64,000 nt of DNA from Oopsacas minuta (GCA_024704765.1 JAKMXF010000340.1:124001-188000), one strand, 5' to 3'. Counted from the first letter of the stretch, positions 12,201 through 25,341 are shown. Translations and numbers: made by a program. Notes: generated by a model from the letters alone, not told the origin.

Positions 12201-13287
12201 CGAGAGCAAAGATACGGCTGTATACAGTCAGAAGAACAACTTCGTTTCTCTTATGTAGCTATACTAGTAGCTACACACAATCTTATGTCAGGACAACCTA
12301 TAGCTACTGTACCAGAGTTAGTAGAGAGAGCAAGGAAACAAGCATGTGGTAAGATTGATATGAAATATATCTCCAGGAGATAGTATAGTGTTAACATGTA
12401 CACCAACGGACAGCCAAAAAGTGTTCGTATCAACCGGAGTAAAACCAATTGAATAACCATTGTTGTAGGGGCCTGATTTTGTGTGAATATTTGTTCGTCT
12501 TATCCGAAAATTCATATTGACCGTATTCGTATTAACGAGGTTCCATTGTATAGTGATGTTCGCCTATTAGCAAGATTTTTCTGACCCCTTTTTGTATCCG
12601 GTATAATTCCTCTAATAGCAAGAAAATCGTGCAAATACGACTTGTTAATAGGCGAACTCGACTGTATATACCAGTGGTTCTCACCCTGGTTTCGGTGACC
12701 TCCAAAAAGTTTGCATGATTGTTAACTGCAAGGGTACGTGGGCCCCAAAAAATGAACTTAAGGGGTCCGTGTGGTCCATGGTGAAATTGGTTAAGAACCA
12801 CTGGTATTATTTTCCATTCATTTTTCATTCTTTCCCTGTGGAGTTTAAGTGCGTTTTTTTACCAATTGATCTCAATGCAGACGCAACTCACACAAATTAT
12901 GTAAAAAGTACCCAATTTCCTTAATATACACAATCCATAGCTTCATATAGAATCGTATTCAATCTCTAATTTACAGTTTCACCAGTTCCTCCTAGAAGAA
13001 CATCCTCAAAATCTGCGTATAATACAAAACCACAATCTGAAGCACCAGAAATACCACCCAGAAATGCTCCTGACATATTTGCAACAGAAACTACTCCACT
13101 TACCGAGAAAGCAATTATAAACGAACCAAATGAAGGTATTCGAGAGAGAATACCCACCGAAATTCATCCAGAAACAGTCGAACCGGACGGAGAAATTCCC
13201 GAAAATAAGATTACTGCTTTACAAATCGTTTCCGCAATGATTGCTATATCCATTGGGATCAGTTTATTTTATTTGTTGTTTTTCTAA
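9269..13287 (+). CDS. PTPN1: Non-receptor protein tyrosine phosphatase, PTP1B/TCPTP-like, tail-anchored; 6 exons
   Basis: Exons 9269-10097, 10287-10521, 11060-11321, 11442-11780 (alternative donor 11786), 12183-12348, 12977-13287; all GT-AG with consistent phase. Motifs LNRYNNI, YINAN, SQGPL, WPDFG, IHCSAGVGRSG, IQSEEQLRFSY; C-terminal TM ITALQIVSAMIAISIGISLFYLLFF. PTPN1 versus PTPN2 orthology not resolved. Confidence 0.88.
10721..10835. mobile_element. Tc1/mariner-type MITE with TA TSD, in PTP intron 2
   Basis: TA|cagtggatgccggtt ... aaccggcatccactg|TA; related copy at ~52013-52133. Confidence 0.88.
11331..11403. repeat. Compound microsatellite (TTTG)n-(TGTC)n in PTP intron 3
   Basis: ttgtttgtttgtttgtttgt... 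followed by tgtctgtctgtctgtctgtc. Confidence 0.95.
11868..12053. mobile_element. pogo/Tigger-like MITE family A copy
   Basis: cctcgttaatacg ... gttcgtattaacgaggattcactgta; core ccggagtaaaaccaattgaataaccattg shared with 12385-12552, ~14650-14852 and ~24455-24560. Confidence 0.75.
12385..12552. mobile_element. MITE family A copy
   Basis: Ends ttcgtattaacgaggttccattgta; same internal core as 11868-12053. Confidence 0.7.
12672..12803. mobile_element. hAT-type (Charlie-like) MITE
   Basis: TIRs cagtggttctca / ttaagaaccactg; flanks gtatatac / gtattatt, an eroded TSD. Confidence 0.7.
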
Positions 13288-13469
13288 CACACAAAATTCT
13301 CAAAAACACAAACATCTCTAAGAAAGATTTGAAATATATCTTTATTGTAATTATATCTGTAATGTATTTAATAATACTTTGGGAATTAATATCTATATGT
13401 CTATCTCACTAATCTATGGAATATTTGTGTTAATTTTACTCTGTTGATTTCTATTTTGATGTTTGGTTA

Positions 13470-13800
13470 CTTTCGGCTAAGTAAATAATAAATAGAGCGA
13501 ATTCCTAGTCCCGCACAGATGAACCTCCATTAATGGGTATTTTCGCAGAAACAGAGAAACTGACAGGGTTTCATCCAGGCGTATGCGACGCGCCTGCAGG
13601 CGCATGAATTTCAGCGAATATTGATCTAGACGGGTCAAAATTGGAGCAAGACCCCATACCGTAATACTATATGTATACTCTAGGCTCGCGTAAAAATGAT
13701 GGGGAAATATAGGTGTATGGTCAGAAATGCTGGATGAAACCAAGAAATGGGGTATCATTTTCTGCTTCACTGGGACTCCGTTTGTGGGAGGTTTACACTG
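13470..13800. mobile_element. MITE family with cacaaacgggg subterminal motifs, long copy
   Basis: aatagagcgaattcctagtccc..atgaacctcc shared with 15545-15710 (reverse), ~25520-25678 and ~38355-38560. Confidence 0.6.
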
Positions 13801-14306
13801 TCTTATAACCGTTTTTCGTATGGGTATTTGTGGTATTTTATAGCTCAATTTCAATTATTCAAGCTATTTTAACAAACTATGATACGCCAACATAGTTAAG
13901 AAATTGCGAAACGGTTGTATCTTATTTGGGTCATGTTCTTTGTATCATTCTATCAACCAGAAAGCGGATACGCATTCAGATTTTTGGCACATTTTCGACT
14001 GGCAACACTCGTAATACGTCAGTAAAATTGTAAAACTTGGCATTTATGTTAATATTGTACTTATTTTCTGAACTAATCCATAGGTTCTCTCCAGTACATT
14101 ATACAATTATGTCTTAATGACGTGGACGATGTGCGACGTCCGCGAAGCCGTGCGAAATATATCAGCCTGACCATCATGAAATTGGTACATATATACATCT
14201 TGGGGTGTAGATTTGCCCATAGTTTTTCCCAGACCTATGCTATAACAATTTAACCATATTTGACTTCCCATATATGCACAGTTATATAAGAGTCAATACA
14301 ATAACA

Positions 14307-14573
14307 ATGGACGAACCTATCCTGAACCCACCAGCAGATACACCAGAATTAAACACTACTATTAATCCTGTAACAAATGACGTAGACAGTGTCCTACACT
14401 TAGCGAGACAACGTCGTTCTAGAATCCGTGCAAAAACCGAGGAAATAATTGACAGACAGAATCGTATTACACAGAATAGAAATAAGGGAATGAAGGAGAT
14501 TATATGTTGGGTTGTAGCATTGAGTCTTTTTGCTGGATTTGTATATTATTCGTATATTAAGTTCGCGAATTAA
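14307..14573 (+). CDS. Small tail-anchored membrane protein, 88 aa, unknown function
   Basis: ATG 14307 with a TATA-like ttatataag at ~14283; basic helix RQRRSRIRAKTEEIIDRQNR; TM IICWVVALSLFAGFVYYSYI; short tail KFAN. Confidence 0.6.
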   Translation: MDEPILNPPADTPELNTTINPVTNDVDSVLHLARQRRSRIRAKTEEIIDRQNRITQNRNKGMKEIICWVVALSLFAGFVYYSYIKFAN

Positions 14574-14649
14574 TTTGTTATATAATTTCTGTGATAAATA
14601 TTATTATCTGATTTCCACTATTCTTTTACCTATGCATACACTGTGTCAC

Positions 14650-14852
14650 GTCGTTAATGTGAATTTCCGGATAAGGCGAACAAATCTGACCTGGCGTTCG
14701 TATTACCGATGTTCCAATGGACAGTCAAAATGTGTTCTCTTTACCCAATTTTCGTATTAACCGGAGTAATACCAATGAATGACCATTGTAGATATCTGAT
14801 TTGTGTAATTATTTCTTCGTCTTATCCAGAAATTGGTATAACGAGGCTCTAT
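14650..14852. mobile_element. MITE family A, rearranged copy
   Basis: gttcgtattaccgatgttcc, ttcgtattaaccggagtaatacc, tcgtcttatcc..ataacgaggctctattg. Confidence 0.55.
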
Positions 14853-15544
14853 TGTTACATATGCTACTTTGACTAGTGCATAAGGGAAGCCGTCTCAAGT
14901 TAAATAACTAAATAAGGTTGATTAATAAATTTATGAAAGAAAACTAGATGGACACCCTGTATTTCAATTTAACCTAATATATTAAGTCAAACGCATACCG
15001 ATTTGGTTAATCAACAATTCGTTTGGAGTTGTTTCAACTTTGCATTTTCGACATCTTGGGAACGAGAGGGACACTTCTGAACCCCTCCTATTTCTGAAAA
15101 TTTCCTAGCCTGAATTTTGTGGATGTCTTCAGTCCTTTTCTAATGTGCTTTACTTCAATTGTTAAAATATTCACAATAGCTTGGACTTCATTCACTAGAA
15201 ATAAGTCAAAACGATATATGTTTGTATATTTTCAAAATTTTCCATTCCCTATAATTTCAAAGTTTCCAGATTTATAGCATTCTGTCTCCATTAAACGCCT
15301 CAGTTTCAGATAACAAACCACTGTGAAAGCGCCAAATATAACTAGCTTTTTCAAGTTCAATGCAATTCTTCGTACATATTTGTGAATTAATAATCAATTT
15401 CTAGTTACTGTGTGAATTTGAATTTAATTATTAAGCATTTATCGCTAATTAATTGTGAACTATTTCTAAGAATTTGTTTTAAACTTTGAAATAATTTTGC
15501 TTATTTTTTACTCTAATTTATCTCGGATAAATTATTGGATTTCT

Positions 15545-15710
15545 ACAGTGTAACCGCCACAAACGGGGTGTCAGGGACGCCGAAAAATGCTACCCCGTCT
15601 CCCTGTTTATGCTAAATTCCCCGTTTGTGGAGGTTCATTGTATGGGACTAGGAATTTTGTTATTATTTCAGTCCGTTTCCATAAGTTCCCCGTTTGTGAG
15701 TTACACCTTC
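15545..15710. mobile_element. MITE with inverted cacaaacgggg/ccccgtttgtg repeats
   Basis: cagtgtaaccgccacaaacgggg ... ccccgtttgtgagttacac; multi-copy in the window. Confidence 0.65.
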
Positions 15711-18149
15711 AGAACGAAATTAAACCCTGAGTAGTATGAATATTTCAATTACAATTTCTAGAGAAATCGGATGGGGAATTCATATTGCAGCGGCAGTGTG
15801 TGGGGTAGAGCCATAGCCCCACATCATTTCCTGTGGTCAGTTGCCCTACTTTTTGATGAATTCGTTCCTGGAAAGCTTTTGTCTATTTTTGTCATAACAC
15901 TACCACCAATTCGCATCTCCGAATCCAGATGTCAGTCGAAAAATTTCGCTGTTGCTCTTCGACATTCGAAACTGTGTATTTTTTCCCAGACAAAATATAC
16001 ACGGAAAATATAGGCAAAATAATCCAGTTTCGACATTATTCATTTTCTTTTGATAAATAAAATCAACAAGTATGTTGTAATACATTCACTAATTAATTAA
16101 CACAAGAAAATAGCTCATTTTAGGAAACTAATTCATTGAATAACGATTACTTTGTTATTACGCGATTTTAGTGGTAACTTAATTAACCCACATGTTAATA
16201 CTATGGCAGATTATTTAATAACTAAAATGATATATCGTGATGTAATATACTATCATCTACAAATTTTGCTTGTTCTCGTAACTCAAATAGGATTATTTGT
16301 ATCAAATTTTAGGTTATTAGACCCTGACAATGGGTAAGTTCTTGGATTATGGAGGCAAACATTGGCGCTCAAGGCTCCCATGTTTGCCTCTATACCAAAA
16401 AATTTAGTGGAGGGGGCAGTGTTGGAGCGTTACCTTACTTTTATAGTTAGGAATATACCCCTGCCTAAAGTACCAATGAATTAGTGCAATTTAACCCAAT
16501 TATAAATTCACACTTTGACACTATATTTGTATAAATTAGCATTGCTATCGTAGTAATTGTCCTCCTACACAATATCTCTTCATCAGAAATACAATCTGCT
16601 TGAGTTTGAGAGGACAAATGTTTGTATTTCATATCCTACTTTTGTTGTGATTCGTATTTGTTTGAGGTATCTTCAGAGTATGTCCGCTATTACAAATCGA
16701 AATTTGGTAAATTAATATATTACATATTACTGCCTCATAGAAATACATTTTGATGGATTAACATCTATGCTGGGCCTGGTGAGTATATGACCAAATTGTT
16801 GAAGATATTGAGTAGGAAGATATGGTAGCCCACATTCATAATGTATAATTGGCGAGACAAGCATCTGTTGTTTATTGGAATATTTAATCCATCAGTAAAC
16901 AGGGTAATTATTTGGAAATTTTAGGAATAATGGTGATCAAATTCTATCAAAATATTAGGAGACAAAATTAACAGACTTTAATTGAGTGTGTTCCTAATAG
17001 AAAAAGAATTGAAACTTCTGTTTTTCACTTTTTGCCTTGTGTACTAAAAATATGTTCGAACAATAAATACAGCTGATTTCAGCTATCTCGAACCTTCAAT
17101 GAGATGAAAATATATTCGAGAATTATCCTTGAATGGGAAATTAATTCGTTCGAGATATTTTCTGTTAACTGTAGCTGTATCAAGAATTTGAATATCTAAC
17201 TTAGTTAAGAATTACACCTGTAAAACTTTTGATACATTAAGTGATAAATATCTGAGGGCCCTTGGTATTCGCTCAGCGGTTTCAACCTGGGGTCTATGGA
17301 CCCCTTAATGACGACAGTAGGGATCCACAGACTGTGTTAAAATAGCATACGGTGAAAAGGTTGGGAATTAGCTCAACATACAAGAAGGTTGAAAATTACA
17401 TTACTTTGCTATATAATATGCTACAAGTTGAGAAATCAAGTAAGTAAATTCAGTATCAAACACACCTATAACTAGTTATCCATATGGTGTCCATGTTGAA
17501 AAGGTGAAATCTATTAAATATCAACTCTGCACGTAACTTAATCTGATATATAATTAATACTGCTATGCAAATACTATATCAGTAGTAGGTGTTCGTATAT
17601 GTAATGGGCGGATCATAACTGTATGGAATGTTCACAGTATAACTACTAAGTGAGTGGTACAAAAGTGATTAAGTACACCAGATGTCCTACGAATGTATAC
17701 ACCGCCCCGTCAACCTTATTCGTGTAGAAAAGTAATGGATGGCTTATACATGTGATCTCCAATTAAATTGAGTGAATAATGTGCGTAATAGTTGAGGCAG
17801 GGTTTAGGTTAATTGGGATTACTATTAGTTTCAATCAATCAGGAAAATATCCAATTTTGGAGTTAGTTTATTGATGAATTTTGATGTATTATTATATTAC
17901 AATCATCAAAAAAATTGAACCTTTTTTCAGAAAGATTTTATGCAAAGAGATTTTGATAATCGAGCAAAGGACAAGCCCCTGGGTCAATGAAGCATATTAA
18001 AGCACATCGTCAAATGTTCGTAGTTTTTAGCAGATTTGAATTTCGAATTTGTAACTTGCAATAATCTGAGAATTTTAGAGTTAGAAACTCAAAGATATCA
18101 ATTCATCATAGCGAGAAATACGTGTTTTTTTTCCAAATTTTGCACAATA

Positions 18150-18330
18150 ATTGCTTATGGAGGTAAATTTCAATGGTGTGAGGCATAATTTCTTCTAAAG
18201 TATGCCTCATTCACCACTCCCAGTTATAAAGGTCTGTTTCTATGGAAATGAATGAAAGCGGACCAAAATTGCCTCTCTAATAGAGGTCCCTCATTATAGA
18301 CACCCCACTTATAGCGGTTCCACTACTGTA
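18150..18330. mobile_element. Tc1/mariner-type MITE family F
   Basis: gaggtaaatttcaatggtgtgaggcataat..ctatggaaatgaatga..ggaccaaaattgcctc is near-identical to 55440-55590; ends ...actactgta. Confidence 0.75.
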
Positions 18331-19307
18331 TTGAAATATGTTCATTTAATTCGTCACGCAGCTACGTTAAGACAAATAAATTTATAGGCCTACGAAATCT
18401 CATATAAATACATAATTTGTGAAGAAAATACATTCGTGCGGGACTTCTAGGCCGCATAATATTTCCTGAGTTCATAGTTTGATTGCCGCCGAATATTCCT
18501 CCGCGCCTCTTGGTCAGATTTAAGCGCCCAAATCTAATTAATTATCTCATCATAAATAATACATTCTCACTGCACCAATCAGTTAATAAATAAACTGCCT
18601 TACTTTACAATATTTATTCTCAATTGAATGTGATTTTTCTTATCAACTATATATTTACAAAGAAAAATCTCACAAATTCATGCTAATTAAACTCAATAAT
18701 AAAGTAATGAAGTGTACTTTAAGTTTCATACTCTAATTTTATAATCTGTTTAATTGCCTTCATTCGCTTTTGCCACGGACTCGATAATTTACTAATGGCC
18801 TTGAGAAAAGCTTCTATTACATTATAATAGATGTGATAAGTATTCAATCAAGCATATTCTACATACCATCATAGTATATATTTGATATCAAAATTCTATG
18901 GTGCAAATACAGTGTCTTTTATTAGATATATGTTAGGCGTAATATAGAGAGGCAGGGTGTCTGTTTATTTTTAGAACTACGGTAGAACTTGGATAAGAAT
19001 AAACACTCGGTTAATACGCACTACTTTCCATACAAAAAAATAGTTCTATTCATTGCAATACAAACCTATTCGAATAAAACATATAATACAACAGACTATT
19101 TTTTGTTTCCCGAGGTACGTCTTTACCGATTTCTACTCTACTTTCGTTTTTCAAAGTTCTATTTAGTTCAATATCTGCAGGATTCGGTAGAAGAAGTTAT
19201 TTTAATTTTATTAAATGACTATCGAGAGAATTATCACTGGAGCTTCGTAGCCGGCATTGTAGCCATTATGATATAAATTTGATTTTAAATACAAGCATTT
19301 AGACATC

Positions 19308-21548
19308 ATGTTTCAGAGATTTTCAGATCAATATTCCACTTGGCCTTTTAGGGAAAATACTCGTCAAAAATTTTTCTTACATTCAGTCCAGGCTCGTAAT
19401 GGCCATCAGCAATAGACAGGGTTGCTATGTAAACGGAATATCAATATCCACCCCATTTTAACAAGATTTCTGTAGCAACGATATTTACCTAATTTTTACG
19501 TTCTATATTTAGCCACTATGTTTGAAAAAGTATTAATCGCTAATCGTGGAGAAATAGCATGTCGCATTATCAAAACGGCACGAAAAATGGGCATACAGAG
19601 TGTAGCTGTATTCAGTGACGCTGATAGATACAGTCGTCACGTGCAATTAGCCGATCAAGCATTTTATATCGGGCCGTCGCCTGCCATAGAAAGTTACCTT
19701 CGAATGGACAAACTGATAAAAGCCGCAGAGATGACCGGCGCTACTGCGATTCATCCAGGTTACGGGTTTCTATCTGAGAGCGCGAAATTCGCGGAAATGG
19801 TAATCGCGAATAAAATAATTTGGATCGGGCCACCATCTTCCGCTATAGAAGCGATGGGTCTGAAAAGCATTTCAAAGCGAATCATGTCCGAAGCTGGAGT
19901 GAATGTCATTCCTGGTTACCATGGTGATGAACAGAATGTGGAATTTCTCCATGAAATGGCGAATAAAATTGGTTACCCGCTAATGATAAAAGCCGTTGCT
20001 GGGGGCGGTGGGAAAGGAATGCGGATTGTGAGAAAAACCGAAGAATTTTTACATGGTTTAAAATCATGCCAAAGTGAGTCAGAAAAATCATTTGGAGATG
20101 GCCGTGTCATCCTCGAAAAGTATATTGAAAAACCGCGACATGTAGAAGTGCAAATTTTCGCAGATACCCACGGAAATTGTATACATTTATTTGAACGTGA
20201 TTGTAGTATACAACGTCGGCACCAGAAAATAATTGAAGAGGCGCCCGCGCCTTTTTTGCATCATGACGTCAGACAAGAATTGGGTCAACAGGCTATACTA
20301 GCTGCAAAACGTGTAAAATACGAAGGAGCAGGAACTGTCGAATTTATAATGGACACCGAACAAAAATTCTTTTTCATGGAGATGAACACGCGTCTGCAGG
20401 TAGAACACCCAGTAACTGAAATGATAACCGGAACGGATTTAGTTGAATGGCAATTTCGTGTTGCAAACGGTGAAAAGTTACCAGCGAAATCTTCCGAATT
20501 AATTTGTAATGGTCATTCGGTTGAGGCGAGAATATACGCTGAGAATCCAACAATGAATTTCCAACCAAGTCCAGGGCCTTTATTGCATTTGAAACTACCC
20601 ACAAAACGCAAAAATTTACGCATTGAAACAGGTGTACGCCAAGGTGATATAGTGACCGCGTATTATGACCCTATGATCGCGAAATTAGTTGTATGGGGTG
20701 AATCTCGCGAAATTGCGATGCGAAAATTATTCCTTGCTTTGAGAGAATATAGAATTAGTGGACTACATACAAATATTGATTTTTTGTCAAATGTGATTCG
20801 ACATAAACCGTTTTTAGATGGTGAACTCCATACTGGATATATTGAACAATATCATGATCAACTTTTCGCGAAAAATGACACGATTGATGAAACATCTCTA
20901 GCACAATCAATCTTCGGATTAGTCCTGGCTGAAAGTGAATTTTTGAAAGAAAAACGCGCTATTTCTCAAGATCCAAGTTCACCATTTTCGTCACTCGATC
21001 CTAAATTTCAAGTTTGTGACCGCAAAATCGATTTAGAATTCGACTCAAAAACAATTTCTTGTACAATACACTATATAGATAAAAATAAAATAGAAATCAC
21101 CTCTCCTTCACTATCACAACCTGTAATTTGTGAAGGTTCAATTTTACAAAATTCTCAAAACTCATTCGACCTACACACATTAATCAATAATGAGTTAGAA
21201 AAAATTTCGGTAATTTTCGATAAGGGTGAGTTAAAATTACACAAAATAAACTCTACGCATATTTTGAAGCAGAAAGAACATGATTATCTTTCGCAACTCA
21301 AACAGTCTTCCATTGCAAAGGGTAAAATCGTTTCGCCACCCTATTCGAGTACTTTAACAAAGGTTTACGTCAGTCAAGGCCAAACTGTCAATGAAGGAGA
21401 TGCGCTTTTGACATTGACAGCTATGAAACAAGAACAGACAATATTCTCACCCCAGAATGGAATCGTCAATAAAGTATATTTTGAAGAAAACGCGAGTGTG
21501 CCTTCAAATTCAACTGTACTTACATTTCGAATTGAGGAAGATAGTTAG
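19308..21548 (+). CDS. MCCC1: 3-methylcrotonyl-CoA carboxylase alpha (biotin-containing) subunit
   Basis: Biotin carboxylase motifs KVLIANRGEIACR, IHPGYGFLSE, GYHGDEQ, GGGGKGMR, ERDCSIQRRHQK, EMNTRLQVEHPVTE, YDPMIAKLVVW, GLHTNIDFL; biotinyl domain AMKQE. Main exon 19513-21548. Putative targeting-peptide exon 19308-19395 joins in phase 1 (lower confidence). Confidence 0.9.
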
Positions 21549-21629
21549 GAATTTAGTAATATCGATTAGTAGTATAATATTCGAATTATAATGTTTGTAG
21601 TGTTCTTGATATGTATTTTGATACTTTTG

Positions 21630-21769
21630 CATGGGATTTTAATGGACAAATATGACGTCATGCCCATCCGCTCTATACTTTTTGTATTAAGGTGGAGCCG
21701 AATTTAGGTGGACGCTAAAGTTCCGGGATGGGCACGTGTCCACCCAAAATGGCCCTAGTTGCACCATTG
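21630..21769. mobile_element. MITE, same family as 7521-7648
   Basis: atgacgtcatgcccatccgctctatac..gggcacgtgtccacccaaaatggccctagttgcacc. Confidence 0.6.
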
Positions 21770-22673
21770 AGTATGAGTACGTACTTGACAACCCTCTAGG
21801 GATCGCTGGATTATCCCAGGATTAGCAAAGAATATCTTTAAAATTATTATAATGGCTTGGAAAGTATGACGTATAGGTTTCAAAACCATTGATTTGATAT
21901 TTGAACACACCCATAACTTATTAAAAAGTCTGGTTGTATCATAAAGTGAATGAATTTCGGTAAATTTCTATTTCTGAACTTCCTCAGGGGTCACGAATCA
22001 CTCATGTTGTAAATTGGGCCATATTTGATTAAACTGTTAATCTCCCCGATTTGTCATAATTAAAAAAAAGTTCAAACAAAAGAAGCACAAATTATGAATA
22101 ATAGTAACATTTAATAATACTCGTGTATGCTAATTTTCTGCTAGATTACATTTTCTCTTTTGAAAAGATTTTTTATTGATGTAAATTTTAGCAGAGGACG
22201 TCTATTGTGTAATGCAACCTTATCTTTTGAGTGATTCCCTAGATTTTATGCATGAAATATGATTGCACTTTCTTTTGAAAGTGTAGGATATATTTTGTTA
22301 GGTTGCTACAGAATTATGTTAAATCAGTAGATTTTAATTGCCATACTAAATATCATGTGAGGATCTTCCAAATTTAGCCTCTCGATATTTTTTTTGCTAA
22401 TCTATTTGAAATTTGGCTATTTTTATCCAACTGTTTTGTTGATTTTTATGCATGACATGTAGCACGAGAGACAAACATCTTTTCTATATCTATAATTTAC
22501 ATGCAAAACATGCCAGGAAGCTCTCAGAACTATCATTTTCTATGAAAATGTGGGACCAAGACCTCCCCTCTCATAGTTGTCAAGCACAGAATCCAAATAC
22601 TCGCGTAGTTGAACAAACTCACTTTCATTTCCTTTTGTTCATTAAATTTTATGGGAAATTAAAGTTACTACAG

Positions 22674-22909
22674 CAGTGTTCTCGCTAGGCCGTTTTGAGG
22701 GGGCGCAGCCACCCCTTATTGTGATTATGCACCCCCCTATCGTGCCTAAATAGACATAGTGTACCCCTCTATCGTGGATAAACAATTTTATATATTCACC
22801 CAAAAACGGGCCATCATCTTCTTTTCCCTTAAGGGTGTATTTTTACGCGTATTGTGCACAGAGTGTGTACGGCGCACCCCCCTATTACATAATCCTGACG
22901 AGAACACTG
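22674..22909. mobile_element. Non-autonomous hAT element, 236 bp, perfect 8-bp TSD
   Basis: TIRs cagtgttctcgctagg / cctgacgagaacactg; TSD TACTACAG at 22666-22673 and 22910-22917. Confidence 0.9.
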
Positions 22910-23128
22910 TACTACAGTGATTTATAACGAAATGAACATTATTTCACCATCTTGGGTGAGTAGATATCACATTTGCCATACATTTTATTTGTTAACTAGT
23001 TAGATTCAACTGATCTTAAACAAATCTCATTTTTAGAAAATTGACAATTATGCCTTCCGTCTCGATGTAACGCAACAATTTTTCCTATATGCTAGTATAC
23101 ATGATACAAACCTCTGGAATGCTGAATA

Positions 23129-23297
23129 CAATGGAACCTCGTTAATACGAACACAGCTAATACGAATTTCCGGAAAAGACGAACTAATATTTGCACAAAA
23201 TCAGGCTATTCTATCGGTACTCCGGTTAATGCGAAATTTGGGTAAAGCGAGCACATTTTGACAGTCCGTTGATGTTCGTATTAACGATGTTCAATTG
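23129..23297. mobile_element. MITE family A, full-length copy
   Basis: TA|caatggaacctcgttaatacgaac ... gttcgtattaacgatgttcaattg. Confidence 0.8.
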
Positions 23298-24757
23298 AAT
23301 ACTTCCCTACTTCCACCAAAATTAGATTATACATCTCACAAACACACTCTTAGTTGTATAATAACATAATCCAGTGTGATTCCAGCTCAGAATTACATAA
23401 ACCTTACTCCAAGATAAATTCAATGACTAGATAAAATTATCATATCTAATTGAATTAACCAGCTTGAAAGACACATTAATACGCCAGTACCTGAAACTCG
23501 AGACTCCTATTTAACCTTACGATTTGAAGGTCAGGTTTTTGATATATACAAGAATGGTGTATGTATACGCCCAATAATTGTACAAACATCTCGAACATAT
23601 ATTAAATTTGAGCTATTTTTAGAAAATACATCAACTTACGTTATCATTCTTTAGTGAAGCGATTTGTTTGTAATCAAATGTTGAATTTACGTATTCTTAA
23701 GGGCGTTTACAGGAAAGAAGTTCTTGCTTTTATTTCTGACCAAAATTGTTACTAAGGCGTCTTATAATTGGCAGACGGATTTTTAATGGGATAGCGTAAT
23801 AAGGTATAGAAATTCGATAGCTATTCTTGAATTTACTGTCCCTTAATATTTTCCTGTGTTCAGGGGCGATCCCAGGATTTGGATTCCCTTGACATAGTGG
23901 TAAAACTTCATTTCAGTTTTTTCGCAGGACAATTTCGAAATTACACCGGAATGAGACGTGAACAACGGCGGTACCATGAATTTGCATACCCGTGGCCAAG
24001 ATGGGTGTAAATTTCATCAAAAGATTCTTCTAAACTCTAGAGAGTGGCGATAAATCCATGTATATACAGTGAACTTTCGTCCCGTTATCTCTTGAATATT
24101 TGGCTACCTACATTTTACGCAATCTTCCCTGCCAATTTAATAGACATTTGATAAATTACCCTTTAATGCATAATGTAATTAATGTCCTCAATACTCTAGC
24201 TTACAGTTGTACCAGATGCAATAATTATCATCCATTAGTAATCTCTATTTGTGTGATTATATTCAAAATTAGAAATTTGCCAGCATCTGTACAGCTACAT
24301 GTATCCCAGCCAGGCGACAGTTGCAATCTATATCATCTAGTAAGTAATTCAATAATCATTGGTTGCTCTATTTTACGTCTAAGATTACCTATTCAAGTAT
24401 AAGCTTCTCTTCTCTAATTTAGTATGGAAATTGTCAGATAGCACTCTATTGTTTATTCGTATTAACTAGAGTAATACCAGCCAATTGAATAACCATTCTA
24501 GGGACCTGATTTTGTGTCAAGATTTGTAGGTCCTATCCGGAATTCGTATTCACGCGGTTCCACAGAATCGGCGGGTTTTTGTCCAAACTATGTATTGGCA
24601 TATGTATAACGTACAAATATAAGCTTAGAAATACTGGAGAATCCTCTCTTAGAGAACCATCATAGATTCGTTCGAAAATATTTTTGCCATTCCAGTAAGT
24701 GTTACAGGTACATTGCAACTATGTAGTTATATATGTACAGTGAAATATCAGGGGCTG

Positions 24758-24824
24758 CAGGGGCTGTCCCAGAATTTTGAAATCCGGTTAAATACTCTGT
24801 TAGCCACCCCTGGGACCGCCACTG
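24758..24824. mobile_element. hAT-like MITE family G (CAGTGGCGGTCCCAGG / CCTGGGACAGCCCCTG)
   Basis: caggggctgtccca...ctgggaccgccactg; reverse copy of 36545-36625 and 52681-52783. Confidence 0.7.
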
Positions 24825-25341
24825 TTAGGCTGTATCAGTGAAATTTAAGCCATTTCTTGAAATAATCGGGTACCGACAATTTGTCGATAAAGTTCAAGTT
24901 TTCATATAAGATTCTAACCCTCTAAGTTTTAGGTGTAGATAACACTTAATTACTGACACAGGTTTCTATCAGTATAATTATAATTTGTTTATTTATTCAC
25001 ACTTCATGAATAGGCTTATAGACAGTGCGAAACCAATAACAATTGAATAAACAAATTAAATTATCACCATATTACTTCCATATAAGGAGAAAGTAAGATA
25101 CATTCCAATTAGTCATATTTCTTATCTAATATATATTTATGTCTACGTGAAACTTCAATTTGAAATTATCATCGGACCAGTTGCGTTACCCGTAATTAAT
25201 TGGTGAGATAATTGAGTTAATTTTATGTAACAATTGTATAGAGTGTGGGCAGAAGTCTTATTTAGTCAAAATAGGAAAACGATATCAATACTGTAATTAA
25301 TTAATATTGTTACAGACGAAAATATGGATTATACTGCATGC

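Noticed and set aside
17690-17715. tgtatacaccgccccgtca resembles the SSU rRNA universal GYACACACCGCCCGTC
   Set aside because: Short imperfect match with AT-rich non-rRNA flanks; probably chance.
18960-19276. Possible small spliced gene (gag|gtacgt..ctgcag|gat) upstream of MCCC1, with scattered splice-like sites at 16.3-17.4 kb
   Set aside because: No coherent start, frame or recognisable product could be assembled.
19518-21548. Possible bacterial HGT of a biotin carboxylase (long single exon starting MFEKVLIANRGE)
   Set aside because: MCCC1-type residues, host-like composition and a plausible spliced presequence exon support a native gene.
23340-24445. Coding-looking fragments, e.g. minus-strand DIDCNCRLAG and the plus-strand 100-aa ORF at 24100
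   Set aside because: Multiple stops, no convincing family motif, and no ATG or splice support.
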